Positions 25,959-35,396 of a DNA stretch of 53,870 bases are shown here, one piece after another. This stretch comes from an archaeon (lineage in GTDB: Archaea > Micrarchaeota > Micrarchaeia > Norongarragalinales > UBA97), in contig JAGVFW010000016.1 of NCBI GenBank assembly GCA_020057405.1, forward strand, positions 1 to 53,870, given 5' to 3'. Position numbers and translations under genes: made by a program. The notes beneath the pieces are model-generated. The model had not been told where the DNA came from. It did no database searches and saw only the letters and a program-made list of their open reading frames with translations. Each line of letters opens with the position of its first letter. Position 1 is the first letter of the stretch.

Positions 25959-28643
25959 TTAGCCCACTGTCCCCCTGCGCTTGAAGTACTTCCAGAGCTC
26001 GTAGATGACGAACACGCTGCTTGAGACGGCGATTACGGTTCCCCACTCGAGTAGCGAGAGGGGCTCTACCTTGAATACTGCCTCAAGAATGCTCGTTTGC
26101 GTGATGAGGACCTGCAGCACGATGCCTGCGAAGATGGCGAGCCAGAGCAACTTGTTTTTGAACACGCCGATGGAGAAGAGCGAGCTAGTGCGCGAGCGAG
26201 AGTTAAGCGCGTGGAAGAACTGGAAGAAGATGATTGTGGAGAACGCCATTGACCTGGCTTTCTCTAGGCTCGAGTGGTCGACGAAAAGCTCGAATGCGAA
26301 GAGGCCGAGTGTGCCTATCGCGATTATCGAACCGATTGCGAGAAGGTAGGCGCCGTTGGATGGGGAGAGGATTTCCTCGTTGCGGGAGCGCGGTTGCCTA
26401 TCCATCACTCCGGGCTCTTCGGGATCCATGCCAAGCGCGAGTGCCGGCAGGCCGTCGGTGACTAGGTTCATCCACAGGATTTGGATTGGCAAAAGGGGCA
26501 TTGGCCAGCCTAAGAGCGTGGCTACGAAAATCGCGATGATTTCGCCAACGTTGCAGGTAAGGAGGTAGTAAATGCTCTTGACGATGTTGTCGTAGATGAT
26601 GCGGCCCTCGCGAACGGCGTTGACGATTGAGGCAAAATTGTCATCCGCAAGCACCATGTCGGAAGCCTCTTTCGTAACGTCGGTGCCGGTGATGCCCATG
26701 GCAATGCCAATGTCTGCCTTCTTGAGCGCTGGGGCGTCGTTAACGCCGTCGCCGGTCATGGCGACCACGTGACCGTGCTTCTTGAGGGCACCGACGATGC
26801 GAAGCTTGTGCTCTGGGGAGACGCGCGCGAAGACGTTGTTTGCCAGGACTGTTTCCTCAAACTCCTTGTCCGCCAGTTCGTCTAGCTCGAGGCCCGTCCA
26901 GGGCTTTAGCCCGACGGGGAGGCCAAGCTCGCGCGCAATTGCGCCTGCAGTCAGAGGGTTGTCGCCCGTCACCATGACCACGCGGATGCCCGCTGTCTTG
27001 CAAAGCGCGATTGCGGACTTGACTTCCTCGCGGGGAGGGTCAATCATGCCCACGATGCCTAGGAAAATGAGTTTTTGCTCCACTTGCTTGTCGGAGTACT
27101 TTGCCGCCTTTGGCACTTCGCGGTAGGCAACGGCCAGGACGCGGAGGGCTTTTGAGGCGAACTCGTTGTTTTTAGCCAGTAGGAGTTTTTTGTCGGCCAA
27201 AGTCATCTTGCGCACTTTCCCACCAGTCAGAATCCGGTCGGCGTGGTCAAGCACGGTCTCCGGCGCGCCCTTGACAAAAGCATAGCGCTTGGAACCGTGG
27301 GCGTGGATTGTTGACATCATCTTTCGCTCAGACTCGAAAGGCAATTCGTACACGCGCTTGTATTGCCTTAGCTCGCCGTCCTTGCCGACGCCCGCCTTTT
27401 CCCCAAGCACGAGGAGCGCCCCTTCAGTCGGGTCGCCGATGACGTTGGCGACCCCGTGGCCCGATGACTCAAGTCGGGCTGAAGTGCAAAGCGCACCTGC
27501 GCGCAAAAACTGGATGAACCCGTCGTCGCCGGTGTCGAACTTTTGTCCCGATGTCTGAAAACCGCCGTTTAGCGCGTACCCGGTACCCGTAACGTCAAGC
27601 TCAGCGCCAGAGAAAAATAGCTTGCGCACAGTCATTTCGTTGCGCGTGAGGGTGCCGGTCTTGTCGGTTGCGATAACATCGGCGCTTCCAAGAGTCTCAA
27701 CTGCCCTAAGCTTTCGCATGATGGCGTTTCGGCCCGCCATGCGCTGGACGCCCAGGGCGAGGGTGATGGTAACTATTGCAGGCAGGCCTTCCGGCACCGC
27801 GGCAACCGCGAGGCTGACGGAAGTCAAAAACATGTCAACGAGGGGAAAGCCGCGCGCCACGCCGACCACGAAAACAACTGCGACTATGGCTAGGGACGCT
27901 TGCGCCAAGCGCTTGCCAACAACTTCGAGTTTTTGCTGGAGTGGAGTTAACTCTTCCTCTACGGCCTGCACTTGGCTCGCAATCTTGCCAAACTCGGTGC
28001 GCATGCCTGTTGCAGTGACTACGGCGCGGCCAATGCCTCGGGTGACTATCGTGCCCAGAAAAACACTGTTGTCGCGGTCTGCAACCGCGGTCTTTTCCTT
28101 AAACACGGCTTCGGCGTCTTTCCCGACTGGCGCGCTCTCTCCCGTCAGCGTCGCTTCGCTTAGCTGCAGGCTCATTGACTCAAGCAGGCGGCAGTCAGCA
28201 GGCACCTGGTCGCCGGCTTCCAAGATGATTACGTCGCCCGGCACGAGCTCGCGGGCTGCAATGCGCTTTTCAACTCCGTCGCGGACGACGCGCGCGGTTG
28301 GCGCAACCATTTTCTTGAGTGCGTCAAGCGCTTTTTCTGCGCGGTAGTCCTGCACGAGGCCGACAACCGCGTTTAGAATGACTATTGCGATGATTGCACC
28401 CGCGTCAATCCACTCGCCTAGAAAGCCGCTGATTACTGCGGCGATTATGAGGATGACGACTAGGAGGTCGGTAAACTGCTCGAAGAACATTGCGAGGAGC
28501 CCCTTTTTGGGCGCTTCCTTTAGTTCGTTGTACCCGTGCTCCAGGAGGCGGCGGGCCGCCTCGCCAGACGGCAATCCCTTCTGGCCGCCTGACTTGAGTT
28601 CGTCAAGCGCGGCTTGGTGGGTAATGGAGTGAAAGGAAGGCAT
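25959..28643 (-). CDS. P-type ATPase, P2A (Ca2+/cation-transporting)
   Basis: LTGES, AAVPEGLP, DKTGTLT, KGAPE, DPPR, TGD, GDGVNDAPALK and WMNLVTDG. Confidence 0.96.
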   Translation of the reverse strand: MPSFHSITHQAALDELKSGGQKGLPSGEAARRLLEHGYNELKEAPKKGLLAMFFEQFTDLLVVILIIAAVISGFLGEWIDAGAIIAIVILNAVVGLVQDYRAEKALDALKKMVAPTARVVRDGVEKRIAARELVPGDVIILEAGDQVPADCRLLESMSLQLSEATLTGESAPVGKDAEAVFKEKTAVADRDNSVFLGTIVTRGIGRAVVTATGMRTEFGKIASQVQAVEEELTPLQQKLEVVGKRLAQASLAIVAVVFVVGVARGFPLVDMFLTSVSLAVAAVPEGLPAIVTITLALGVQRMAGRNAIMRKLRAVETLGSADVIATDKTGTLTRNEMTVRKLFFSGAELDVTGTGYALNGGFQTSGQKFDTGDDGFIQFLRAGALCTSARLESSGHGVANVIGDPTEGALLVLGEKAGVGKDGELRQYKRVYELPFESERKMMSTIHAHGSKRYAFVKGAPETVLDHADRILTGGKVRKMTLADKKLLLAKNNEFASKALRVLAVAYREVPKAAKYSDKQVEQKLIFLGIVGMIDPPREEVKSAIALCKTAGIRVVMVTGDNPLTAGAIARELGLPVGLKPWTGLELDELADKEFEETVLANNVFARVSPEHKLRIVGALKKHGHVVAMTGDGVNDAPALKKADIGIAMGITGTDVTKEASDMVLADDNFASIVNAVREGRIIYDNIVKSIYYLLTCNVGEIIAIFVATLLGWPMPLLPIQILWMNLVTDGLPALALGMDPEEPGVMDRQPRSRNEEILSPSNGAYLLAIGSIIAIGTLGLFAFELFVDHSSLEKARSMAFSTIIFFQFFHALNSRSRTSSLFSIGVFKNKLLWLAIFAGIVLQVLITQTSILEAVFKVEPLSLLEWGTVIAVSSSVFVIYELWKYFKRRGTVG

Positions 28644-28712
28644 GAAGTGGTTAGCCGGCTCGTGCTTAAAAGAGTTTTAATTCGGGCCGGCGCGAGAAAA
28701 AAGTAACTGCAA

Positions 28713-31700
28713 TCATTGGCAGATTATGTCGCCGAGTATCGTCGCCACGGCTCCGTTCGGGCAGTCGGCGGGCTTGGTCTTCGTAGGCGCGCGCGGGTTA
28801 TTCTCGGCGGGGGTGGCCGGGCAAGTGTTTAGCGAGTAGCGTGCGGCGCCCGGGGGCTTTGTGGTTGGGGCCGGGCAGGACCGGTCGGTCAGGATGGTTT
28901 GGATTGCACTAAACCAGCTTACGCCGGTTAGGAACATGCTGCCGTGCATTCCGGAGCCGAACGAGCTTTGCCCGGCAAAACCGGCAAGCTGGCCGTAGAG
29001 CATATTCTGGCCCATGTTGTTGCCAACTGGAATGTGGAAGATGTTGGCAAAGGAGCCAAAGAGCGTCGGCGCAATGGGCGTGCAGTCAGGCGCCAGGCCA
29101 TAGTGGTTGATGATGATGAGCTGGTTCTTGTAAGGAATCATCTGCAAGTACGCTTTTTTGGGCTGGCAGACAGGCGAGCATCCGTCGGAGTAAGCGTAGC
29201 AGGCCGCCCACGCGCTTCTTGAAATCGGGAATGCGAGGGGCAGGTCCTTGAGGTTGCCGGTTGCAAGCTCGCAGGTGTTGCCGGAAGTTATTTCTGCGTT
29301 GGCGGCAGTCTTGCAGGCAGTTACGCCAGTATTAAGCTGCCCTTTTGCCAAGTCGGCAGTCAACCTGCATTTCGCCGCGCAGTCAGCTGGCGCAGTGCAA
29401 AGACTGCATACTGGAGAGCCCGGAAGCTCTCCTGGAGGACATTGGCTTTCACAAAGTCTTTCCGCAGCGTCAATTGAAGTTTCGCCCGAGGTAATCTCGG
29501 ATGCGGCGTCCGCTTCCATCGCTGCCTTGCACTTGAGGATGCCGGTCCCACCTGCGTTTTCGCAAATCCTCAAGCTGTTCACGATTTTCTGCGTGTTCGT
29601 AACGGTATAGGCGTACGTCGCAGTTGCGGAGCAGCTGGTTGGAACCATGCAATAGCAGCCAGCAGCGGAGCATATTTCCGTGCTCTCCACACCAGTGCCA
29701 GTCACGCTTCCAGTAGACTGAACCCAAGTCGGCTTCCTGCAAAGGGAGTCTGTCGTCCCCTGCTTTGCCTTGTAGGCAGCGTTGAGCGGAATCTTGCATT
29801 GCACGGGCTGATAGAAAAGAAGCGGCGTGAGCAGGCCCTCGATTTGCTGGCCCTCGACCGAGTTGCCGAAAATGCCGCCGCCTGTAAACGTGTTGAAGTA
29901 GCTGGCTACCATGCCAATCGGCCCGAGGAACTTGGGCGGCATGCCGATGAATGCAGAATCTATTTGCAGGGGCTTTGAGTGCTCGTCGCTTGCTTGAGTG
30001 TTGGATGCCAGGTTGTTCGTTTCGGTACGCTTGACGCAACTTCCGTCGCCGTATATGAAGTTGCAAAGCGGTTGAGTGCGAACCCCGCCGTCAGCCAGGC
30101 GCGGGTCTGAAATGAATTGGCTCGAGTCGCCGCAAGTGCCGCCAACGTAGTCGTACTCGCGGAGAATGGCGACAGAGCTTTCGGCGCCCCAGTCGCTCCC
30201 GTCGGCGCTGTAGGCCGAGACGGCGTAAATGCGCGGGTTGTCGGCAACACAGTATTCCGCTGCAGGCGTTTGCTTCTCGGGCGCACCGCCTTGGTTTGCA
30301 ATGTGCTTGGCGCCCTCAATCACGCCGGCCGCAGTCCAGAGCTGGAAGTTGCCCGCACCGCCGGTAATTGTCTTAAACGGCTCGCCGTTGCCGCGTCGGA
30401 ATGCAGTCTGGCTCGCAGTCAGGCGCGCAGATTCCTTGAATTGGTTGAGCATCTGGTTGAAAGCGTTTTTGGTGCACCAGCTGCCAGTGCAGCAGTTGGC
30501 GCTCGTGCAGCTGCTCACGCGCTTGCCCATCTCGCTGGTGTGCTCAAAGTATGTCGCAATCTCCTCGTAAGAGAGAGACGCGACTGACGGCACGTTACCG
30601 GGGCCTTCGCGGAACTCTAGTGTGCCGGGTCCGCGCCAGGCGATGACCTCGAGGCCGCTTGATGGAAATTGGATGTCGGTCGAGCCGGGTCGCAACACGC
30701 GCGGGCCAAAGTAGGCCTGGCGGTTGTTGACTGCAAAGACGAGCTGGGGCGTTGCGGGGCCTTCAAGGAAAGTGGGGTTGACTGTGAGGCCGTCGGCGGG
30801 GTTGAACCCGACATTGACGGTAAGCTCAAGGGTCGAAGGCTGGTTGGTGAGGCTGAACTTGAGCTTGGCGCTGTCTATCGTCACGAGCTTTGCCTTGACA
30901 GTGTTGTAGAATGAATTGCCGTACGCCTTGATTGGGCAGGTCGAGTGAGTGATGTCGAAAATGAGTGCGTGCTTTGCCTCGCTATAGTAATAGCATTGGT
31001 CGGTGCCCGAGTCGCTTGAGATTGCCTGCAGCACGATGCGGCCGTTCTGCGGCTGGCTTATTGCAAAGGGCATGGCGTCTGCGGGGAAGATTGGGTCGGC
31101 GTAGAATTGGTAGCTCGTCAGGCCACTGCCAGACTCGAGTGAGCCGGTGACGGGGTTAAAGCGAACTTGGTCTGACGAAGTGCATCCCGGGCAGCTGGCA
31201 TCAGGAGGAAGGTCGGGTGGGGTGATTGGGGCGGGCGCCTGCACGCAGCTAAGGCCATCGGCAGCGCGCTCGTAGCCCTCGCCAACGCAGCCGCATTGGG
31301 GAATGTCGAAGACTATGGTGCCTGCGGGAAGGCAGCGCTTGACTCCATCGCCGGCGTTGCTATAGGAATCAGAAAGGCAACCCTGCGGATGGCCCTTGCC
31401 GTCTTGGGTGGTGCACTTGATGTCAAGCTCGCCCACGCATCCCTCGTTCTGGCACGCCACGCAGGCCTTGCCGTCTGAGGCGGGCTTCTTGCCGTCGGGA
31501 CATCCGCACTGGACCGCGTTGCTTGCAACAACCGCGTTGTTCTCGGAGTTTAGTTGGCAGCGAAGCGGCGAGCGGTCGGAGAGGCACGAGTTGACTTCAA
31601 AAGAATTGCCTTGCGGGTCAACGCACTTCTTGTCAGAACAGAATCCCGTCGAGCGGCTGCAAGCTTTGGTGGTGCTGCCACCGCAAGTGGAGTCGCACGA

Positions 31701-34700
31701 ACTGCAGAGAGGCGTTTGCTGGAGTTGAGCAGTGCAGAAGAACGGCTTGTTGGCGGGCAGGCACTTGTTTGGAGTGCTGCACTCGCCGTAATTGGGAGGC
31801 GGAGTGGGTGACGGTACTGGGATGCAGCTGAGCCCGTCTTTGGAAAGTACTTTGCCCTGCGGGCAGGCGCATGCCGGCGGGTTTGGCGAAATCGTGCCGC
31901 TTGCGCCGTCGCAGTAGAGCGGGGCTTTGCCGGTAATGCAGCCGGACAGGTATTGCGCCTGGGTCTGCGGATCAGTGCAGGTGCCGCCACCGCCGTTGCC
32001 ACCGCCTTGGGTGACGCAGGAATTGCCTTGCGCAACTAAGTTGGCAGGGCACCCGCAGTCGCCAGCGCGGGGCTGGAGCCTTGGGCCGACAGTTGTTTGC
32101 ACGCACGCGTTTGGCTTTGATGCGTCGCACTGGCCTATTGACAGGCGCGCCCCACCCGTGCCGACGCATTCAGTTTGCAACCTTGGAGCGCAAGTCAAGC
32201 CATCGGCGGATGGCTCAAGGCCCGGCGGGCAACCGCACTTGGTTGCGTCCGGTGAAAGCGCGCCGGCGGATGAACAGAAGAGAGGCTGGATTGAAGCGCA
32301 GCGGTTCGGTTCGCCAAGCATCCGGCCGTTTGAATCGCGGCAGGCGCCGCCGACTTCACTGCAGTCTTGGGTGGTGCAGCGGGCGCAAGCGCCGTTTAGC
32401 ACGCGGTAGCCTGTCGGGCAGCCGCATTGAGTGCTGGATTGGAGTGTTGGAACGCTGGCGGACAAGAGGCAAGCCTTGGGGGGCGTGACTTGCGAGCAGG
32501 CGCCTAGAAGCGTGCCGTCGGGGCACTCTACTGCAGTGCACGAGTTGCCGCTTTGCGTCTTGCCTGCGGGGCATCCGCAATCGCCTGCGGCTTCGCTCGT
32601 CGTCCCGTCAGTGCACTTGAATGGTTTTTGCGGAGTGCAAGTGCCGCTTGCAACTCGCTGTCGCCCGATGATGCATTCACGTCCTGCATCGGCGGGCTTG
32701 AGGTCTAGGTCGAGCTTTTGCGAGTCGGCATAGCATCCTGCTTTTTGTGAAGACGAGCCGGCGCTGCCGAGGATGGCATCGGCGGGCCGATGCGCGTAGT
32801 TGGCGTCTTTTCTTGCAAAGGCGTTGTAGTAAAGCGAGAGCTTTCCCCGGCTTGCGGTTGGCTTGACGAAAACTTGGAAGACTACCACTTGCGAGACTGA
32901 ACCGCTTGAGTCGGCAGACACTGTCGCGGACACCCACTTGAAGAGGCCGTCGACGGGCGCGTTGTTGTTCGCGTCAACGCACGTACTTGACGGGTTGAAT
33001 GTCGTTGACTTGATTATTAGGGCGTCGCCTGCGTCAAAGTCCTTGATGCCGGCAGTGTCGGTTGAAACGCTTTGGCCATCGCCCACGCGGAGCGTCATGC
33101 CCGCTTCAGAAGCGTCCTGCGCCGCGAGGGAAAACCAAATGGAGTACTCGCGGTCGGGTGAGAGGAATTTTGCCGAGTTCCCGAATTCGTCAAACGCGCC
33201 GTTGTAGTAGGCGGCGGCGTCAAGGCCGGTTGAGGAAAATCCGGGGACCAAGAAAATTTGGAGGCTCTTGGTTTCCCCAACTGCGAAAGTGGTGTGGTCG
33301 GTCGAATCCATGTAACCGCCGGCGGTTGTGGTGAATGTCACGTCGCTGGGCTTGACGCGGAGAGTGCAGGGGGCAGAACACTCGTCGGCAAACCCGTTTC
33401 CTTCGGCCTTCACGTGCGCACCGGTTAGGGGTTGCTGCGAGCCGGCATCGATTGCCTCTACCACGGCGTTGGCGTAGTTCGAGTCGACGGTGAGGTCAAG
33501 TGAAGTTGATGGCGGCGTTGAGGTGAATTGTTTTGTGGATTTAAAAGCGCCGAAGACCGCGGTTGCAGCAAGATTGCCGGCCGGCACTGCGGTGAATGAA
33601 GCGCCGCCGTTTGCGCCCGTGAGTGCAGGCGGAACGGTAAATGAGCCGTCGGTTCGCCGAATTGAGACGAGGGCGTTGGCAAGGGGGGCGCCGTCTCCGT
33701 CCTTGACTGAAACCGAGAGAGAAGAGTAATCTGAGGGCGATGCGGTTAAGTCGGTGCATCCTCGTTCGCCGTTGTGCTCAACGCAAGTCTGGTACTTGAC
33801 TGTCCCGGTTAGCGGAGCGGTTGGGAGGGTGGCGAAGACCGAGTCGCCGGCGGCAAACGGGCCGGCGCGCACGGTTAGAGTCGAGCTTTTGTAGGCGTAG
33901 GCGACGAAATTTCCGCTTGAAGGCAGTGCCACTTGGGCGCCTTGCGCGTCGGAAGTGAATTGCTCAAACGGGATTGTCTCGTCGCCTTGGGTGAAGACCA
34001 GCCAGCTTGCCTGCGTTGGCGCCCCGTCGTTTCCGTAGGCTTGGAAAGTTGTTGGAGTTGAATCTGCTGTGTCTAGAACCACTTTCACTGAGGGGGAGGA
34101 GCCGAATACGGTGAGTACTGGCTGGCGCTGCACGAAGCCCGGGGCGCGTGCGGTGATGCCGATGTTCGCACCGATTGGCAGGCCGCTGAGAATTGCCATG
34201 CCGGCGGTTGTTTTGACTTGTGCGATGAGCTTGCCCGAATCGGCTTCGTAGGCTGAGACTAGCGCTTCGGCGGAGGCGCCTGTTGCGTCAACGACGATGA
34301 CTTGAAGGGAATCGGCGGACTGCGTTGTTGCGTGCGCAACGCCGTCTGTAATCACGAACTGGAAGAGGAGCGCACCCGACGCTGAGTGGACTTCGATTAC
34401 TCCCTGCGAGATAACGCCGCCGGTTGCGTCTTCGGCGATTAATAGAGTGCCGTCGTCAAGCCTGTCGAGCTTGGCGCTGCCCGCGGTTAGCGTCGCGGGA
34501 TTAAGCTCGCTGCCGGTTGAGTCGAAAACGCGGATGCGACCCGACTGCAAAAACTGGCCCGACGAATCGCGGACTTTTAGGATTGAGTTAAACGCCAGGG
34601 CAGTGCCGGTTCTTGAGGTAAAAGAGAGCGTGCCTTTCTTGGCTCCCGGCGTGAGTGACTCGAGTGAAACTGATTGGCCGGCGGTGACTGCCGATATTGA

Positions 34701-35381
34701 GAGGGAATTGGCGCGGTAGCCTTCCTTGCTAAGACGCAGCTTGACGAGGGCGCCGTAAGGCGCCGGGATTACGGCCCTGCCTGAAGCGTCGGTAGTCAAG
34801 CGCAGCGCGTTAGTGCCGACGACCGCCAGGACTGCCGCCTGCGAAAGGGACTCGCCGGTTATCGAATCGACTATTGAAAGAGTGAGCGTACCCTTGTAGC
34901 TTCCGGGGCTGCCGGGTGCGGTGCCGGGGGTGAAGAGCTTGACTTCAGCAGTTCGGATTGTCGAGAGGTCGATGTGCACGAGGTATTCCTGCGAGTCGCT
35001 TGTCGCTACCCTGCCTTCGGCGCTTGCGCGAAGCACCACGCGTTGGGGCAGGTTCTTGAATGACACCATGCCGTTTTTCGTCGTGCCGACTGCGAGTTGG
35101 TTGTTTGACTCGTCATAGACGCGTACTGTCGCCCCGTCGAGTTTTTGGCCGCCTGCGTAGACGGCAACGGTCAGGTCATGAGTTGTCGCTGAGGGGGAGA
35201 AGAAAGTGTAGTAAGCTGCGAGGAGGGCAAGGAGGGCGATGAACGCGAGGACTTGCAGGCCAGAGATGCCCTGCTTTTCTAGGGGGTTGTGGAACCACTT
35301 GCCTGCGGGCACGCCGTGGCCGTCAAGCCAGCTGATTACGGCGTGGTAGGCGCTTTCAATCCGGTCAAAGAGCGAGGGTAT
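28713..35381 (-). CDS. Giant Cys-rich surface protein (2199 aa from GTG35312; probably 2222 aa from ATA35381): N-terminal TM, Ig/Cna-B-like stalk, 8 EGF-like repeats, Cys-rich tip
   Basis: Uninterrupted ORF; TM LQVLAFIALLALLAAYY; V.D..G..L..A.V repeats; CGCP repeats; motifs shared with the upstream paralog. Confidence 0.85.
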   Translation of the reverse strand: MPSLFDRIESAYHAVISWLDGHGVPAGKWFHNPLEKQGISGLQVLAFIALLALLAAYYTFFSPSATTHDLTVAVYAGGQKLDGATVRVYDESNNQLAVGTTKNGMVSFKNLPQRVVLRASAEGRVATSDSQEYLVHIDLSTIRTAEVKLFTPGTAPGSPGSYKGTLTLSIVDSITGESLSQAAVLAVVGTNALRLTTDASGRAVIPAPYGALVKLRLSKEGYRANSLSISAVTAGQSVSLESLTPGAKKGTLSFTSRTGTALAFNSILKVRDSSGQFLQSGRIRVFDSTGSELNPATLTAGSAKLDRLDDGTLLIAEDATGGVISQGVIEVHSASGALLFQFVITDGVAHATTQSADSLQVIVVDATGASAEALVSAYEADSGKLIAQVKTTAGMAILSGLPIGANIGITARAPGFVQRQPVLTVFGSSPSVKVVLDTADSTPTTFQAYGNDGAPTQASWLVFTQGDETIPFEQFTSDAQGAQVALPSSGNFVAYAYKSSTLTVRAGPFAAGDSVFATLPTAPLTGTVKYQTCVEHNGERGCTDLTASPSDYSSLSVSVKDGDGAPLANALVSIRRTDGSFTVPPALTGANGGASFTAVPAGNLAATAVFGAFKSTKQFTSTPPSTSLDLTVDSNYANAVVEAIDAGSQQPLTGAHVKAEGNGFADECSAPCTLRVKPSDVTFTTTAGGYMDSTDHTTFAVGETKSLQIFLVPGFSSTGLDAAAYYNGAFDEFGNSAKFLSPDREYSIWFSLAAQDASEAGMTLRVGDGQSVSTDTAGIKDFDAGDALIIKSTTFNPSSTCVDANNNAPVDGLFKWVSATVSADSSGSVSQVVVFQVFVKPTASRGKLSLYYNAFARKDANYAHRPADAILGSAGSSSQKAGCYADSQKLDLDLKPADAGRECIIGRQRVASGTCTPQKPFKCTDGTTSEAAGDCGCPAGKTQSGNSCTAVECPDGTLLGACSQVTPPKACLLSASVPTLQSSTQCGCPTGYRVLNGACARCTTQDCSEVGGACRDSNGRMLGEPNRCASIQPLFCSSAGALSPDATKCGCPPGLEPSADGLTCAPRLQTECVGTGGARLSIGQCDASKPNACVQTTVGPRLQPRAGDCGCPANLVAQGNSCVTQGGGNGGGGTCTDPQTQAQYLSGCITGKAPLYCDGASGTISPNPPACACPQGKVLSKDGLSCIPVPSPTPPPNYGECSTPNKCLPANKPFFCTAQLQQTPLCSSCDSTCGGSTTKACSRSTGFCSDKKCVDPQGNSFEVNSCLSDRSPLRCQLNSENNAVVASNAVQCGCPDGKKPASDGKACVACQNEGCVGELDIKCTTQDGKGHPQGCLSDSYSNAGDGVKRCLPAGTIVFDIPQCGCVGEGYERAADGLSCVQAPAPITPPDLPPDASCPGCTSSDQVRFNPVTGSLESGSGLTSYQFYADPIFPADAMPFAISQPQNGRIVLQAISSDSGTDQCYYYSEAKHALIFDITHSTCPIKAYGNSFYNTVKAKLVTIDSAKLKFSLTNQPSTLELTVNVGFNPADGLTVNPTFLEGPATPQLVFAVNNRQAYFGPRVLRPGSTDIQFPSSGLEVIAWRGPGTLEFREGPGNVPSVASLSYEEIATYFEHTSEMGKRVSSCTSANCCTGSWCTKNAFNQMLNQFKESARLTASQTAFRRGNGEPFKTITGGAGNFQLWTAAGVIEGAKHIANQGGAPEKQTPAAEYCVADNPRIYAVSAYSADGSDWGAESSVAILREYDYVGGTCGDSSQFISDPRLADGGVRTQPLCNFIYGDGSCVKRTETNNLASNTQASDEHSKPLQIDSAFIGMPPKFLGPIGMVASYFNTFTGGGIFGNSVEGQQIEGLLTPLLFYQPVQCKIPLNAAYKAKQGTTDSLCRKPTWVQSTGSVTGTGVESTEICSAAGCYCMVPTSCSATATYAYTVTNTQKIVNSLRICENAGGTGILKCKAAMEADAASEITSGETSIDAAERLCESQCPPGELPGSPVCSLCTAPADCAAKCRLTADLAKGQLNTGVTACKTAANAEITSGNTCELATGNLKDLPLAFPISRSAWAACYAYSDGCSPVCQPKKAYLQMIPYKNQLIIINHYGLAPDCTPIAPTLFGSFANIFHIPVGNNMGQNMLYGQLAGFAGQSSFGSGMHGSMFLTGVSWFSAIQTILTDRSCPAPTTKPPGAARYSLNTCPATPAENNPRAPTKTKPADCPNGAVATILGDIICQ
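31245..32678 (-). repeat. About 8 tandem Cys-rich protein repeats (C..C...P..C...CxCPxG...(D)GxsC), EGF-like
   Basis: CGCPAG, CGCPTG, CGCPPG, CGCPAN, CACPQG, one degenerate unit, CGCPDG and CGCVGEGY. Confidence 0.8.
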
Positions 35382-35396
35382 TGCAGCCTACCCCCC

